From the NCBI RefSeq assembly GCF_009914755.1, contig NC_060940.1: DNA of 64,000 nt, one strand, 5' to 3'. Source of the DNA: the human T2T-CHM13v2.0 reference genome, Homo sapiens. The stretch's first letter is position 1, and every line of letters starts with the position of its first letter. A model generated the notes under the pieces. That model was not told the DNA's origin and did no database searches. It saw nothing but the letters and a program-made list of their open reading frames with translations. Made by a program: the position numbers and the translations under genes. Positions 43,201 to 58,000 of the stretch are shown here, one piece after another.

Positions 43201-46200
43201 TTCCATTCTATTCTAATCGATGATGATTCCATTCGATTCCATTCGATGATGATTGGATTCGATTCCATTTGATGATTTCATTTGATTCCATTCGTTAATG
43301 ATTTCGATCAACTCCATTCGATGATTCCATTCGATTCCATTCGATAATGATTACATCCGAGTCCATTCGATGATTCCATTTGAGCCCGTTCGATAATTCC
43401 ATTTGAGTCCAATCAATGATTCCATTCATTTCCATTCAATGATTCCATTCGAGTCCATTTGATCATTCTGGTAGGGTCCGTTCGATGTTGATTCCATTGG
43501 AGTGCATTCGATGATTCCATTCGAGTCCATTTTATGATTTGATTCGAGTCCTTTCGATGATTCCATTCGATTCCACTCGATGATGATTTCATTCGAGTCC
43601 ATTCGACACTTCCAATCGATTCCATTTGATGTTTCCATTCGAGTCCAATTGATGATTCCACTCAATTCCATTCGATGATGATTCCGTACGATTCCATTCT
43701 GTGATGATTCCATGTGATTGCATTCAATGATGATTCCTTTCGATTGCATTCGATTGTGATTCATTTCGTGTTCATTCTATGGTTCCACAGGTTTCCATTC
43801 GTGTCCATTCCATTATTCCATTCTATTCCATTTCATGATGATTCCATTCGATTCCATTCATTGGTGATTCCACTCAATTCCATTCAATGATTCCATTCCA
43901 TTTCTTTCAACAATGATTCCATTAGTTTCTAATCGATGATCCACTTGATTCCATTTGATGACGATTCCATTCTTGCCATTCGATGATTCCATTTGATTCC
44001 ATATGATGATGATTCCATTCGATTCCATACGATGATGATTCCATTCGAGTCCATTCAATGGTGATTCCATTCCATTCCATTCCATGATTCCTTTTGATTC
44101 CATTCGATGATGATGGCATTCGATTCCTTTCAATCATTCCCTTTGATTCCATTCAAAGGTGATTTCATTCAAGTCCATTCGATAATTGCATTCGATTCCA
44201 TTCTATGATGATTCCATTCGAGTCCATTTGATGATTCCATTCAATTCAAGTCAATGATGATTCCATTCGATTCCATTCGATGATTCCATTGGATTCCATT
44301 CGATGATGATTCCATTCAAATCCATTCGATAATTCAATTCAAGTCCATTCGATGATGATTCCAATCGAATCCATTCAAAGATTCCATTCAGTTCCATTCG
44401 ATGATAACCTTAGATTCCATTCGATGATTCCACTTGTTTCCATTTACGATGATTCCATTCGATTCCATGTGATGATTCCATTCAATTCTATTCAATGATG
44501 TCTCCATTTGATTCCATTCGACCATGATTGCCTTTGCTTCCATTCAATGTTTCCATTCGGTTCCTTTTGATGATAATTCCGTTCGATTCCATTTGATGAT
44601 TCCATTTGATTCCATTGGATGTGTCCATTCGATTACATTCGATGATTATTCCATTCGAGTGTATTAGATGATTCCATTCGAGTCCATTCGATGATTCCAT
44701 TCGATTCCATTCGATGTTGATTCTGTTCAAATCCATTCGATGATTCCACTCGATTCCATTCGATGACTCCATTTGATCCCATTCGATGATTTCCTGTGAT
44801 TCCCTTTGATGATCATTCCATTTGATTCAATTCGGTGATTTCATTTGATTCCATTCAGTGATGTTTCCATTCCACTCCATTCGATGATGATTCCATTCGA
44901 CTCCATTCGATTATGATTTCATTCAATTCCATTCGATAATGATTCCCTTCAAGTCCATTCGATGATTCCATTCGATTCCATTCAACGATGATTTGATTCG
45001 TGTCCATTCGATGATTCCATTTGATTCCACTTGATGATGATTCCATTCGAGTCCATTTGATGATTCCATTCAATTCCATTCTCCGATGATTTCTTTTGAG
45101 CCCATTCAATGCTTCCACTCGATTCCATATGATGATGACTCCATTCGATTAAATTCGATGATGATTCCGTTCGCTTGCGTTCGATGATGATTCCACTTGA
45201 GTCCGTTAGAAGATTCTATTCAATTACATTCCATGACGATTCCGATCGAGTCCATTTGATGATTCCATTAGACTCCATTCGACGATGATTCCATTCGATG
45301 TTATTCGATGATTCCATTCGATCTCATTCGATGATGATTCCATTCAACTCCATTCGATGTTTCCATTCGAGTTCATTCTATTATTCCATTAGATTCCATT
45401 CGATGATGATTCCATTCGATTCCATTTGATGATTGCATTCTATTTCATTTGATGATGATTCCATTCGAGTCCACTCGATGATTCCATTCGAGTCCATTTA
45501 ATGAATCCATTGGTTTCAATTCTATGATGATTACATTGGATTCCATTCGTTGATGATTTCATTCGGTTCCATTCAATGATGATTCCATTCAATTCCTTTC
45601 AATGTTTCCATTCAATTGCATACGATGATGCTTCCATTTGATTTGATTCGACAGTGAGCCATTCGATTCAATTCCATGATGAATCTATTTTATTCAATTG
45701 GTTGACATTTCCATTCGATTCCATTCGATGATGATTCCCTTTGATTCCATTCAAAGATGATTCCATTCTAGCCCATTCAATCATTCCATTCGATTCTATT
45801 CAATGATGTTTCCATTCATGTCGATTTGGTGATTCCATTTGACTTCATTTGATGATGATTCCTTTCAAGTTCATTAGATGATTCCATTCGATTCCATTTG
45901 ATGATGATCCCATTCGAGTCCATTCAGTGATTCCATTCGTTTCCATTCCATGATGATTCCATTCCATTCCATTCAATGATTCCATTCGATTCCGTTTGAT
46001 GATGATTTCATTCGAGTCCATTTGATGTTTCCATTCGTTTCCATTCCATGATGATTCCATTCCATTCCATTCAATGATTCCATTCGATTCCGTTTGGTGA
46101 TGATTTCATTCGAGTCCATTTGATGATTCCATTTGACTCCATTCGATGATGATTCCATTCGAGTCCATTCGATGATTCTATTCGAATCCACTTGATGATT

Positions 46201-49060
46201 TCTTTTGATTATAGTTGGTGATGATTCCATTGGAGTCCATTCAATGATTCCATTCGATTCCAATCGATGGTGATTCCATTAGAGTCCATTTAATGATTCC
46301 ATTTGATTCCAGTCTCTGATGATTCCATTCGAGTCCATACGATGATTCCACTCAATTCCATATGATGATGATTCCATTCGATTCCATTCGATGATTCCAT
46401 TCTATTCTAATCGATGATGATTCCATTCGATTCCATTCGATGATGATTGGATTCGATTCCATTTGATGATTTCATTTGATTCCATTCGTTAATGATTTCG
46501 ATCAACTCCATTCGATGATTCCATTCGATTCCATTCGATAATGATTACATCCGAGTCCATTCGATGATTCCATTTGAGCCCGTTCGATAATTCCATTTGA
46601 GTCCAATCAATGATTCCATTCATTTCCATTCAATGATTCCATTCGAGTCCATTTGATCATTCTGGTAGGGTCCGTTCGATGTTGATTCCATTGGAGTGCA
46701 TTCGATGATTCCATTCGAGTCCATTTTATGATTTGATTCGAGTCCTTTCGATGATTCCATTCGATTCCACTCGATGATGATTTCATTCGAGTCCATTCGA
46801 CACTTCCAATCGATTCCATTTGATGTTTCCATTCGAGTCCAATTGATGATTCCATTCAATTCCATTCGATGATGATTCCGTACGATTCCATTCTGTGATG
46901 ATTCCATGTGATTGCATTCAATGATGATTCCTTTCGATTGCATTCGATTGTGATTCATTTCGTGTTCATTCTATGGTTCCACAGGTTTCCGTTCGTGTCC
47001 ATTCCATTATTCCATTCTATTCCATTTCATGATGATTCCATTCGATTCCATTCATTGGTGATTCCACTCAATTCCATTCAATGATTCCATTCCATTTCTT
47101 TCAACAATGATTCCATTAGGTTCTAATCGATGATCCACTTGATTCCATTTGATGACGATTCCATTCTTGCCATTCGATGATTCCATTTGATTCCATATGA
47201 TGATGATTCCATTCGATTCCATACGATGATGATTCCATTCGAGTCCATTCAATGGTGATTCCATTCCATTCCATTCCATGATTCCTTTTGATTCCATTCG
47301 ATGATGATGGCATTCGATTCCTTTCAATCATTCCCTTTGATTCCATTCAAAGGTGATTTCATTCAAGTCCATTCGATAATTGCATTCGATTCCATTCTAT
47401 GATGATTCCATTCGAGTCCATTTGATGATTCCATTCAATTCAAGTCAATGATGATTCCATTCGATTCCATTCGATGATTCCATTGGATTCCATTCGATGA
47501 TGATTCCATTCAAATCCATTCGATAATTCAATTCAAGTCCATTCGATGATGATTCCAATCGAATCCATTCAAAGATTCCATTCAGTTCCATTCGATGATA
47601 ACCTTAGATTCCATTCGATGATTCCACTTGTTTCCATTTACGATGATTCCATTCGATTCCATGTGATGATTCCATTCAATTCTATTCAATGATGTCTCCA
47701 TTTGATTCCATTCGACCATGATTGCCTTTGCTTCCATTCAATGTTTCCATTCGGTTCCTTTTGATGATAATTCCGTTCGATTCCATTTGATGATTCCATT
47801 TGATTCCATTGGATGAGTCCATTCGATTACATTCGATGATTATTCCATTCGAGTGCATTAGATGATTCCATTCGAGTCCATTCGATGATTCCATTCGATT
47901 CCATTCGATGTTGATTCTGTTCAAATCCATTCGATGATTCCACTCGATTCCATTCGATGACTCCATTTGATCCCATTCGATGATTTCCTGTGATTCCCTT
48001 TGATGATCATTCCATTTGATTCAATTCGGTGATTTCATTTGATTCCATTCAGTGATGTTTCCATTCCACTCCATTCGATGATGATTCCATTCGACTCCAT
48101 TCGATTATGATTTCATTCAATTCCATTCGATAATGATTCCCTTCAAGTCCATTCGATGATTCCATTCGATTCCATTCAACGATGATTTGATTCGTGTCCA
48201 TTCGATGATTCCATTTGATTCCACTTGATGATGATTCCATTCGAGTCCATTTGATGATTCCATTCAATTCCATTCTCCGATGATTTCTTTTGAGCCCATT
48301 CAATGCTTCCACTCGATTCCATATGATGATGACTCCATTCGATTAAATTCGATGATGATTCCGTTCGCTTGCGTTCGATGATGATTCCACTTGAGTCCGT
48401 TAGAAGATTCTATTCAATTACATTCCATGACGATTCCGATCGAGTCCATTTGATGATTCCATTAGACTCCATTCGACGATGATTCCATTCGATGTTATTC
48501 GATGATTCCATTCGATCTCATTCGATGATGATTCCATTCAACTCCATTCGATGTTTCCATTCGAGTTCATTCTATTATTCCATTAGATTCCATTCGATGA
48601 TGATTCCATTCGATTCCATTTGATGATTGCATTCTATTTCATTTGATGATGATTCCATTCGAGTCCACTCGATGATTCCATTCGAGTCCATTTAATGAAT
48701 CCATTGGTTTCAATTCTATGATGATTACATTGGATTCCATTCGTTGATGATTTCATTCGGTTCCATTCAATGATGATTCCATTCAATTCCTTTCAATGTT
48801 TCCATTCAATTGCATACGATGATGCTTCCATTTGATTTGATTCGACAGTGAGCCATTCGATTCAATTCCATGATGAATCTATTTTATTCAATTGGTTGAC
48901 ATTTCCATTCGATTCCATTCGATGATGATTCCCTTTGATTCCATTCAAAGATGATTCCATTCTAGCCCATTCAATCATTCCATTCGAATCTATTCAATGA
49001 TGATTCCATTCATGTCGATTTGGTGATTCCATTTGACTTCATTTGATGATGATTCCCTTC
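37270..49060 (+). repeat. Recent 6388-bp (2x3194) tandem duplication
   Basis: Private variants recur at +6388: atgtgtcc/gtgtattag (~38234/38274 and ~44622/44662), gatgtttccattcatg (~39421/45809), tttgactcc (~39749/46137), tttccgttcgtg (~40603/46991), and cgaatctatt plus attcccttcaag (~42600-42669 / ~48988-49057). Confidence 0.9.
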
Positions 49061-52000
49061 AAGTTCATTAGATGATTCCATTCGATTCCATTTGATGATG
49101 ATCCCATTCGAGTCCATTCAGTGATTCCATTCGTTTCCATTCCATGATGATTCCATTCCATTCCATTCAATGATTCCATTCGATTCCGTTTGATGATGAT
49201 TTCATTCGAGTCCATTTGATGTTTCCATTCGTTTCCATTCCATGATGATTCCATTCCATTCCATTCAATGATTCCATTCGATTCCGTTTGGTGATGATTT
49301 CATTCGAGTCCATTTGATGATTCCATTTGATTCCATTCGATGATGATTCCATTCGAGTCCATTCGATGATTCTATTCGAATCCACTTGATGATTTCTTTT
49401 GATTATAGTTGGTGATGATTCCATTGGAGTCCATTCAATGATTCCATTCGATTCCAATCGATGGTGATTCCATTAGAGTCCATTTAATGATTCCATTTGA
49501 TTCCAGTCTCTGATGATTCCATTCGAGTCCATACGATGATTCCACTCAATTCCATATGATGATGATTCCATTCGATTCCATTCGATGATTCCATTCTATT
49601 CTAATCGATGATGATTCCATTCGATTCCATTCGATGATGATTGGATTCGATTCCATTTGATGATTTCATTTGATTCCATTCGTTAATGATTTCGATCAAC
49701 TCCATTCGATGATTCCATTCGATTCCATTCGATAATGATTACATCCGAGTCCATTCGATGATTCCATTTGAGCCCGTTCGATAATTCCATTTGAGTCCAA
49801 TCAATGATTCCATTCATTTCCATTCAATGATTCCATTCGAGTCCATTTGATCATTCTGGTAGGGTCCGTTCGATGTTGATTCCATTGGAGTGCATTCGAT
49901 GATTCCATTCGAGTCCATTTTATGATTTGATTCGAGTCCTTTCGATGATTCCATTCGATTCCACTCGATGATGATTTCATTCGAGTCCATTCGACACTTC
50001 CAATCGATTCCATTTGATGTTTCCATTCGAGTCCAATTGATGATTCCATTCAATTCCATTCGATGATGATTCCGTACGATTCCATTCTGTGATGATTCCA
50101 TGTGATTGCATTCAATGATGATTCCTTTCGATTGCATTCGATTGTGATTCATTTCGTGTTCATTCTATGGTTCCACAGGTTTCCATTCGTGTCCATTCCA
50201 TTATTCCATTCTATTCCATTTCATGATGATTCCATTCGATTCCATTCATTGGTGATTCCACTCAATTCCATTCAATGATTCCATTCCATTTCTTTCAACA
50301 ATGATTCCATTAGGTTCTAATCGATGATCCACTTGATTCCATTTGATGACGATTCCATTCTTGCCATTCGATGATTCCATTTGATTCCATATGATGATGA
50401 TTCCATTCGATTCCATACGATGATGATTCCATTCGAGTCCATTCAATGGTGATTCCATTCCATTCCATTCCATGATTCCTTTTGATTCCATTCGATGATG
50501 ATGGCATTCGATTCCTTTCAATCATTCCCTTTGATTCCATTCAAAGGTGATTTCATTCAAGTCCATTCGATAATTGCATTCGATTCCATTCTATGATGAT
50601 TCCATTCGAGTCCATTTGATGATTCCATTCAATTCAAGTCAATGATGATTCCATTCGATTCCATTCGATGATTCCATTGGATTCCATTCGATGATGATTC
50701 CATTCAAATCCATTCGATAATTCAATTCAAGTCCATTCGATGATGATTCCAATCGAATCCATTCAAAGATTCCATTCAGTTCCATTCGATGATAACCTTA
50801 GATTCCATTCGATGATTCCACTTGTTTCCATTTACGATGATTCCATTCGATTCCATGTGATGATTCCATTCAATTCTATTCAATGATGTCTCCATTTGAT
50901 TCCATTCGACCATGATTGCCTTTGCTTCCATTCAATGTTTCCATTCGGTTCCTTTTGATGATGATTCCGTTCGATTCCATTTGATGATTCCATTTGATTC
51001 CATTGGATGAGTCCATTCGATTACATTCGATGATTATTCCATTCGAGTGCATTAGATGATTCCATTCGAGTCCATTCGATGATTCCATTCGATTCCATTC
51101 GATGTTGATTCTGTTCAAATCCATTCGATGATTCCACTCGATTCCATTCGATGACTCCATTTGATCCCATTCGATGATTTCCTGTGATTCCCTTTGATGA
51201 TCATTCCATTTGATTCAATTCGGTGATTTCATTTGATTCCATTCAGTGATGTTTCCATTCCACTCCATTCGATGATGATTCCATTCGACTCCATTCGATT
51301 ATGATTTCATTCAATTCCATTCGATAATGATTCCCTTCAAGTCCATTCGATGATTCCATTCGATTCCATTCAACGATGATTTGATTCGTGTCCATTCGAT
51401 GATTCCATTTGATTCCACTTGATGATGATTCCATTCGAGTCCATTTGATGATTCCATTCAATTCCATTCTCCGATGATTTCTTTTGAGCCCATTCAATGC
51501 TTCCACTCGATTCCATATGATGATGACTCCATTCGATTAAATTCGATGATGATTCCGTTCGCTTGCGTTCGATGATGATTCCACTTGAGTCCGTTAGAAG
51601 ATTCTATTCAATTACATTCCATGACGATTCCGATCGAGTCCATTTGATGATTCCATTAGACTCCATTCGACGATGATTCCATTCGATGTTATTCGATGAT
51701 TCCATTCGATCTCATTCGATGATGATTCCATTCAACTCCATTCGATGTTTCCATTCGAGTTCATTCTATTATTCCATTAGATTCCATTCGATGATGATTC
51801 CATTCGATTCCATTTGATGATTGCATTCTATTTCATTTGATGATGATTCCATTCGAGTCCACTCGATGATTCCATTCGAGTCCATTTAATGAATCCATTG
51901 GTTTCAATTCTATGATGATTACATTGGATTCCATTCGTTGATGATTTCATTCGGTTCCATTCAATGATGATTCCATTCAATTCCTTTCAATGTTTCCATT

Positions 52001-55000
52001 CAATTGCATACGATGATGCTTCCATTTGATTTGATTCGACAGTGAGCCATTCGATTCAATTCCATGATGAATCTATTTTATTCAATTGGTTGACATTTCC
52101 ATTCGATTCCATTCGATGATGATTCCCTTTGATTCCATTCAAAGATGATTCCATTCTAGCCCATTCAATCATTCCATTCGATTCTATTCAATGATGATTC
52201 CATTCATGTCGATTTGGTGATTCCATTTGACTTCATTTGATGATGATTCCTTTCAAGTTCATTAGATGATTCCATTCGATTCCATTTGATGATGATCCCA
52301 TTCGAGTCCATTCAGTGATTCCATTCGTTTCCATTCCATGATGATTCCATTCCATTCCATTCAATGATTCCATTCGATTCCGTTTGATGATGATTTCATT
52401 CGAGTCCATTTGATGTTTCCATTCGTTTCCATTCCATGATGATTCCATTCCATTCCATTCAATGATTCCATTCGATTCCGTTTGGTGATGATTTCATTCG
52501 AGTCCATTTGATGATTCCATTTGATTCCATTCGATGATGATTCCATTCGAGTCCATTCGATGATTCTATTCGAATCCACTTGATGATTTCTTTTGATTAT
52601 AGTTGGTGATGATTCCATTGGAGTCCATTCAATGATTCCATTCGATTCCAATCGATGGTGATTCCATTAGAGTCCATTTAATGATTCCATTTGATTCCAG
52701 TCTCTGATGATTCCATTCGAGTCCATACGATGATTCCACTCAATTCCATATGATGATGATTCCATTCGATTCCATTCGATGATTCCATTCTATTCTAATC
52801 GATGATGATTCCATTCGATTCCATTCGATGATGATTGGATTCGATTCCATTTGATGATTTCATTTGATTCCATTCGTTAATGATTTCGATCAACTCCATT
52901 CGATGATTCCATTCGATTCCATTCGATAATGATTACATCCGAGTCCATTCGATGATTCCATTTGAGCCCGTTCGATAATTCCATTTGAGTCCAATCAATG
53001 ATTCCATTCATTTCCATTCAATGATTCCATTCGAGTCCATTTGATCATTCTGGTAGGGTCCGTTCGATGTTGATTCCATTGGAGTGCATTCGATGATTCC
53101 ATTCGAGTCCATTTTATGATTTGATTCGAGTCCTTTCGATGATTCCATTCGATTCCACTCGATGATGATTTCATTCGAGTCCATTCGACACTTCCAATCG
53201 ATTCCATTTGATGTTTCCATTCGAGTCCAATTGATGATTCCATTCAATTCCATTCGATGATGATTCCGTACGATTCCATTCTGTGATGATTCCATGTGAT
53301 TGCATTCAATGATGATTCCTTTCGATTGCATTCGATTGTGATTCATTTCGTGTTCATTCTATGGTTCCACAGGTTTCCATTCGTGTCCATTCCATTATTC
53401 CATTCTATTCCATTTCATGATGATTCCATTCGATTCCATTCATTGGTGATTCCACTCAATTCCATTCAATGATTCCATTCCATTTCTTTCAACAATGATT
53501 CCATTAGTTTCTAATCGATGATCCACTTGATTCCATTTGATGACGATTCCATTCTTGCCATTCGATGATTCCATTTGATTCCATATGATGATGATTCCAT
53601 TCGATTCCATACGATGATGATTCCATTCGAGTCCATTCAATGGTGATTCCATTCCATTCCATTCCATGATTCCTTTTGATTCCATTCGATGATGATGGCA
53701 TTCGATTCCTTTCAATCATTCCCTTTGATTCCATTCAAAGGTGATTTCATTCAAGTCCATTCGATAATTGCATTCGATTCCATTCTATGATGATTCCATT
53801 CGAGTCCATTTGATGATTCCATTCAATTCAAGTCAATGATGATTCCATTCGATTCCATTCGATGATTCCATTGGATTCCATTCGATGATGATTCCATTCA
53901 AATCCATTCGATAATTCAATTCAAGTCCATTCGATGATGATTCCAATCGAATCCATTCAAAGATTCCATTCAGTTCCATTCGATGATAACCTTAGATTCC
54001 ATTCGATGATTCCACTTGTTTCCATTTACGATGATTCCATTCGATTCCATGTGATGATTCCATTCAATTCTATTCAATGATGTCTCCATTTGATTCCATT
54101 CGACCATGATTGCCTTTGCTTCCATTCAATGTTTCCATTCGGTTCCTTTTGATGATAATTCCGTTCGATTCCATTTGATGATTCCATTTGATTCCATTGG
54201 ATGAGTCCATTCGATTACATTCGATGATTATTCCATTCGAGTGCATTAGATGATTCCATTCGAGTCCATTCGATGATTCCATTCGATTCCATTCGATGTT
54301 GATTCTGTTCAAATCCATTCGATGATTCCACTCGATTCCATTCGATGACTCCATTTGATCCCATTCGATGATTTCCTGTGATTCCCTTTGATGATCATTC
54401 CATTTGATTCAATTCGGTGATTTCATTTGATTCCATTCAGTGATGTTTCCATTCCACTCCATTCGATGATGATTCCATTCGACTCCATTCGATTATGATT
54501 TCATTCAATTCCATTCGATAATGATTCCCTTCAAGTCCATTCGATGATTCCATTCGATTCCATTCAACGATGATTTGATTCGTGTCCATTCGATGATTCC
54601 ATTTGATTCCACTTGATGATGATTCCATTCGAGTCCATTTGATGATTCCATTCAATTCCATTCTCCGATGATTTCTTTTGAGCCCATTCAATGCTTCCAC
54701 TCGATTCCATATGATGATGACTCCATTCGATTAAATTCGATGATGATTCCGTTCGCTTGCGTTCGATGATGATTCCACTTGAGTCCGTTAGAAGATTCTA
54801 TTCAATTACATTCCATGACGATTCCGATCGAGTCCATTTGATGATTCCATTAGACTCCATTCGACGATGATTCCATTCGATGTTATTCGATGATTCCATT
54901 CGATCTCATTCGATGATGATTCCATTCAACTCCATTCGATGTTTCCATTCGAGTTCATTCTATTATTCCATTAGATTCCATTCGATGATGATTCCATTCG

Positions 55001-58000
55001 ATTCCATTTGATGATTGCATTCTATTTCATTTGATGATGATTCCATTCGAGTCCACTCGATGATTCCATTCGAGTCCATTTAATGAATCCATTGGTTTCA
55101 ATTCTATGATGATTACATTGGATTCCATTCGTTGATGATTTCATTCGGTTCCATTCAATGATGATTCCATTCAATTCCTTTCAATGTTTCCATTCAATTG
55201 CATACGATGATGCTTCCATTTGATTTGATTCGACAGTGAGCCATTCGATTCAATTCCATGATGAATCTATTTTATTCAATTGGTTGACATTTCCATTCGA
55301 TTCCATTCGATGATGATTCCCTTTGATTCCATTCAAAGATGATTCCATTCTAGCCCATTCAATCATTCCATTCGATTCTATTCAATGATGATTCCATTCA
55401 TGTCGATTTGGTGATTCCATTTGACTTCATTTGATGATGATTCCTTTCAAGTTCATTAGATGATTCCATTCGATTCCATTTGATGATGATCCCATTCGAG
55501 TCCATTCAGTGATTCCATTCGTTTCCATTCCATGATGATTCCATTCCATTCCATTCAATGATTCCATTCGATTCCGTTTGATGATGATTTCATTCGAGTC
55601 CATTTGATGTTTCCATTCGTTTCCATTCCATGATGATTCCATTCCATTCCATTCAATGATTCCATTCGATTCCGTTTGGTGATGATTTCATTCGAGTCCA
55701 TTTGATGATTCCATTTGATTCCATTCGATGATGATTCCATTCGAGTCCATTCGATGATTCTATTCGAATCCACTTGATGATTTCTTTTGATTATAGTTGG
55801 TGATGATTCCATTGGAGTCCATTCAATGATTCCATTCGATTCCAATCGATGGTGATTCCATTAGAGTCCATTTAATGATTCCATTTGATTCCAGTCTCTG
55901 ATGATTCCATTCGAGTCCATACGATGATTCCACTCAATTCCATATGATGATGATTCCATTCGATTCCATTCGATGATTCCATTCTATTCTAATCGATGAT
56001 GATTCCATTCGATTCCATTCGATGATGATTGGATTCGATTCCATTTGATGATTTCATTTGATTCCATTCGTTAATGATTTCGATCAACTCCATTCGATGA
56101 TTCCATTCGATTCCATTCGATAATGATTACATCCGAGTCCATTCGATGATTCCATTTGAGCCCGTTCGATAATTCCATTTGAGTCCAATCAATGATTCCA
56201 TTCATTTCCATTCAATGATTCCATTCGAGTCCATTTGATCATTCTGGTAGGGTCCGTTCGATGTTGATTCCATTGGAGTGCATTCGATGATTCCATTCGA
56301 GTCCATTTTATGATTTGATTCGAGTCCTTTCGATGATTCCATTCGATTCCACTCGATGATGATTTCATTCGAGTCCATTCGACACTTCCAATCGATTCCA
56401 TTTGATGTTTCCATTCGAGTCCAATTGATGATTCCATTCAATTCCATTCGATGATGATTCCGTACGATTCCATTCTGTGATGATTCCATGTGATTGCATT
56501 CAATGATGATTCCTTTCGATTGCATTCGATTGTGATTCATTTCGTGTTCATTCTATGGTTCCACAGGTTTCCATTCGTGTCCATTCCATTATTCCATTCT
56601 ATTCCATTTCATGATGATTCCATTCGATTCCATTCATTGGTGATTCCACTCAATTCCATTCAATGATTCCATTCCATTTCTTTCAACAATGATTCCATTA
56701 GGTTCTAATCGATGATCCACTTGATTCCATTTGATGACGATTCCATTCTTGCCATTCGATGATTCCATTTGATTCCATATGATGATGATTCCATTCGATT
56801 CCATACGATGATGATTCCATTCGAGTCCATTCAATGGTGATTCCATTCCATTCCATTCCATGATTCCTTTTGATTCCATTCGATGATGATGGCATTCGAT
56901 TCCTTTCAATCATTCCCTTTGATTCCATTCAAAGGTGATTTCATTCAAGTCCATTCGATAATTGCATTCGATTCCATTCTATGATGATTCCATTCGAGTC
57001 CATTTGATGATTCCATTCAATTCAAGTCAATGATGATTCCATTCGATTCCATTCGATGATTCCATTGGATTCCATTCGATGATGATTCCATTCAAATCCA
57101 TTCGATAATTCAATTCAAGTCCATTCGATGATGATTCCAATCGAATCCATTCAAAGATTCCATTCAGTTCCATTCGATGATAACCTTAGATTCCATTCGA
57201 TGATTCCACTTGTTTCCATTTACGATGATTCCATTCGATTCCATGTGATGATTCCATTCAATTCTATTCAATGATGTCTCCATTTGATTCCATTCGACCA
57301 TGATTGCCTTTGCTTCCATTCAATGTTTCCATTCGGTTCCTTTTGATGATAATTCCGTTCGATTCCATTTGATGATTCCATTTGATTCCATTGGATGAGT
57401 CCATTCGATTACATTCGATGATTATTCCATTCGAGTGCATTAGATGATTCCATTCGAGTCCATTCGATGATTCCATTCGATTCCATTCGATGTTGATTCT
57501 GTTCAAATCCATTCGATGATTCCACTCGATTCCATTCGATGACTCCATTTGATCCCATTCGATGATTTCCTGTGATTCCCTTTGATGATCATTCCATTTG
57601 ATTCAATTCGGTGATTTCATTTGATTCCATTCAGTGATGTTTCCATTCCACTCCATTCGATGATGATTCCATTCGACTCCATTCGATTATGATTTCATTC
57701 AATTCCATTCGATAATGATTCCCTTCAAGTCCATTCGATGATTCCATTCGATTCCATTCAACGATGATTTGATTCGTGTCCATTCGATGATTCCATTTGA
57801 TTCCACTTGATGATGATTCCATTCGAGTCCATTTGATGATTCCATTCAATTCCATTCTCCGATGATTTCTTTTGAGCCCATTCAATGCTTCCACTCGATT
57901 CCATATGATGATGACTCCATTCGATTAAATTCGATGATGATTCCGTTCGCTTGCGTTCGATGATGATTCCACTTGAGTCCGTTAGAAGATTCTATTCAAT

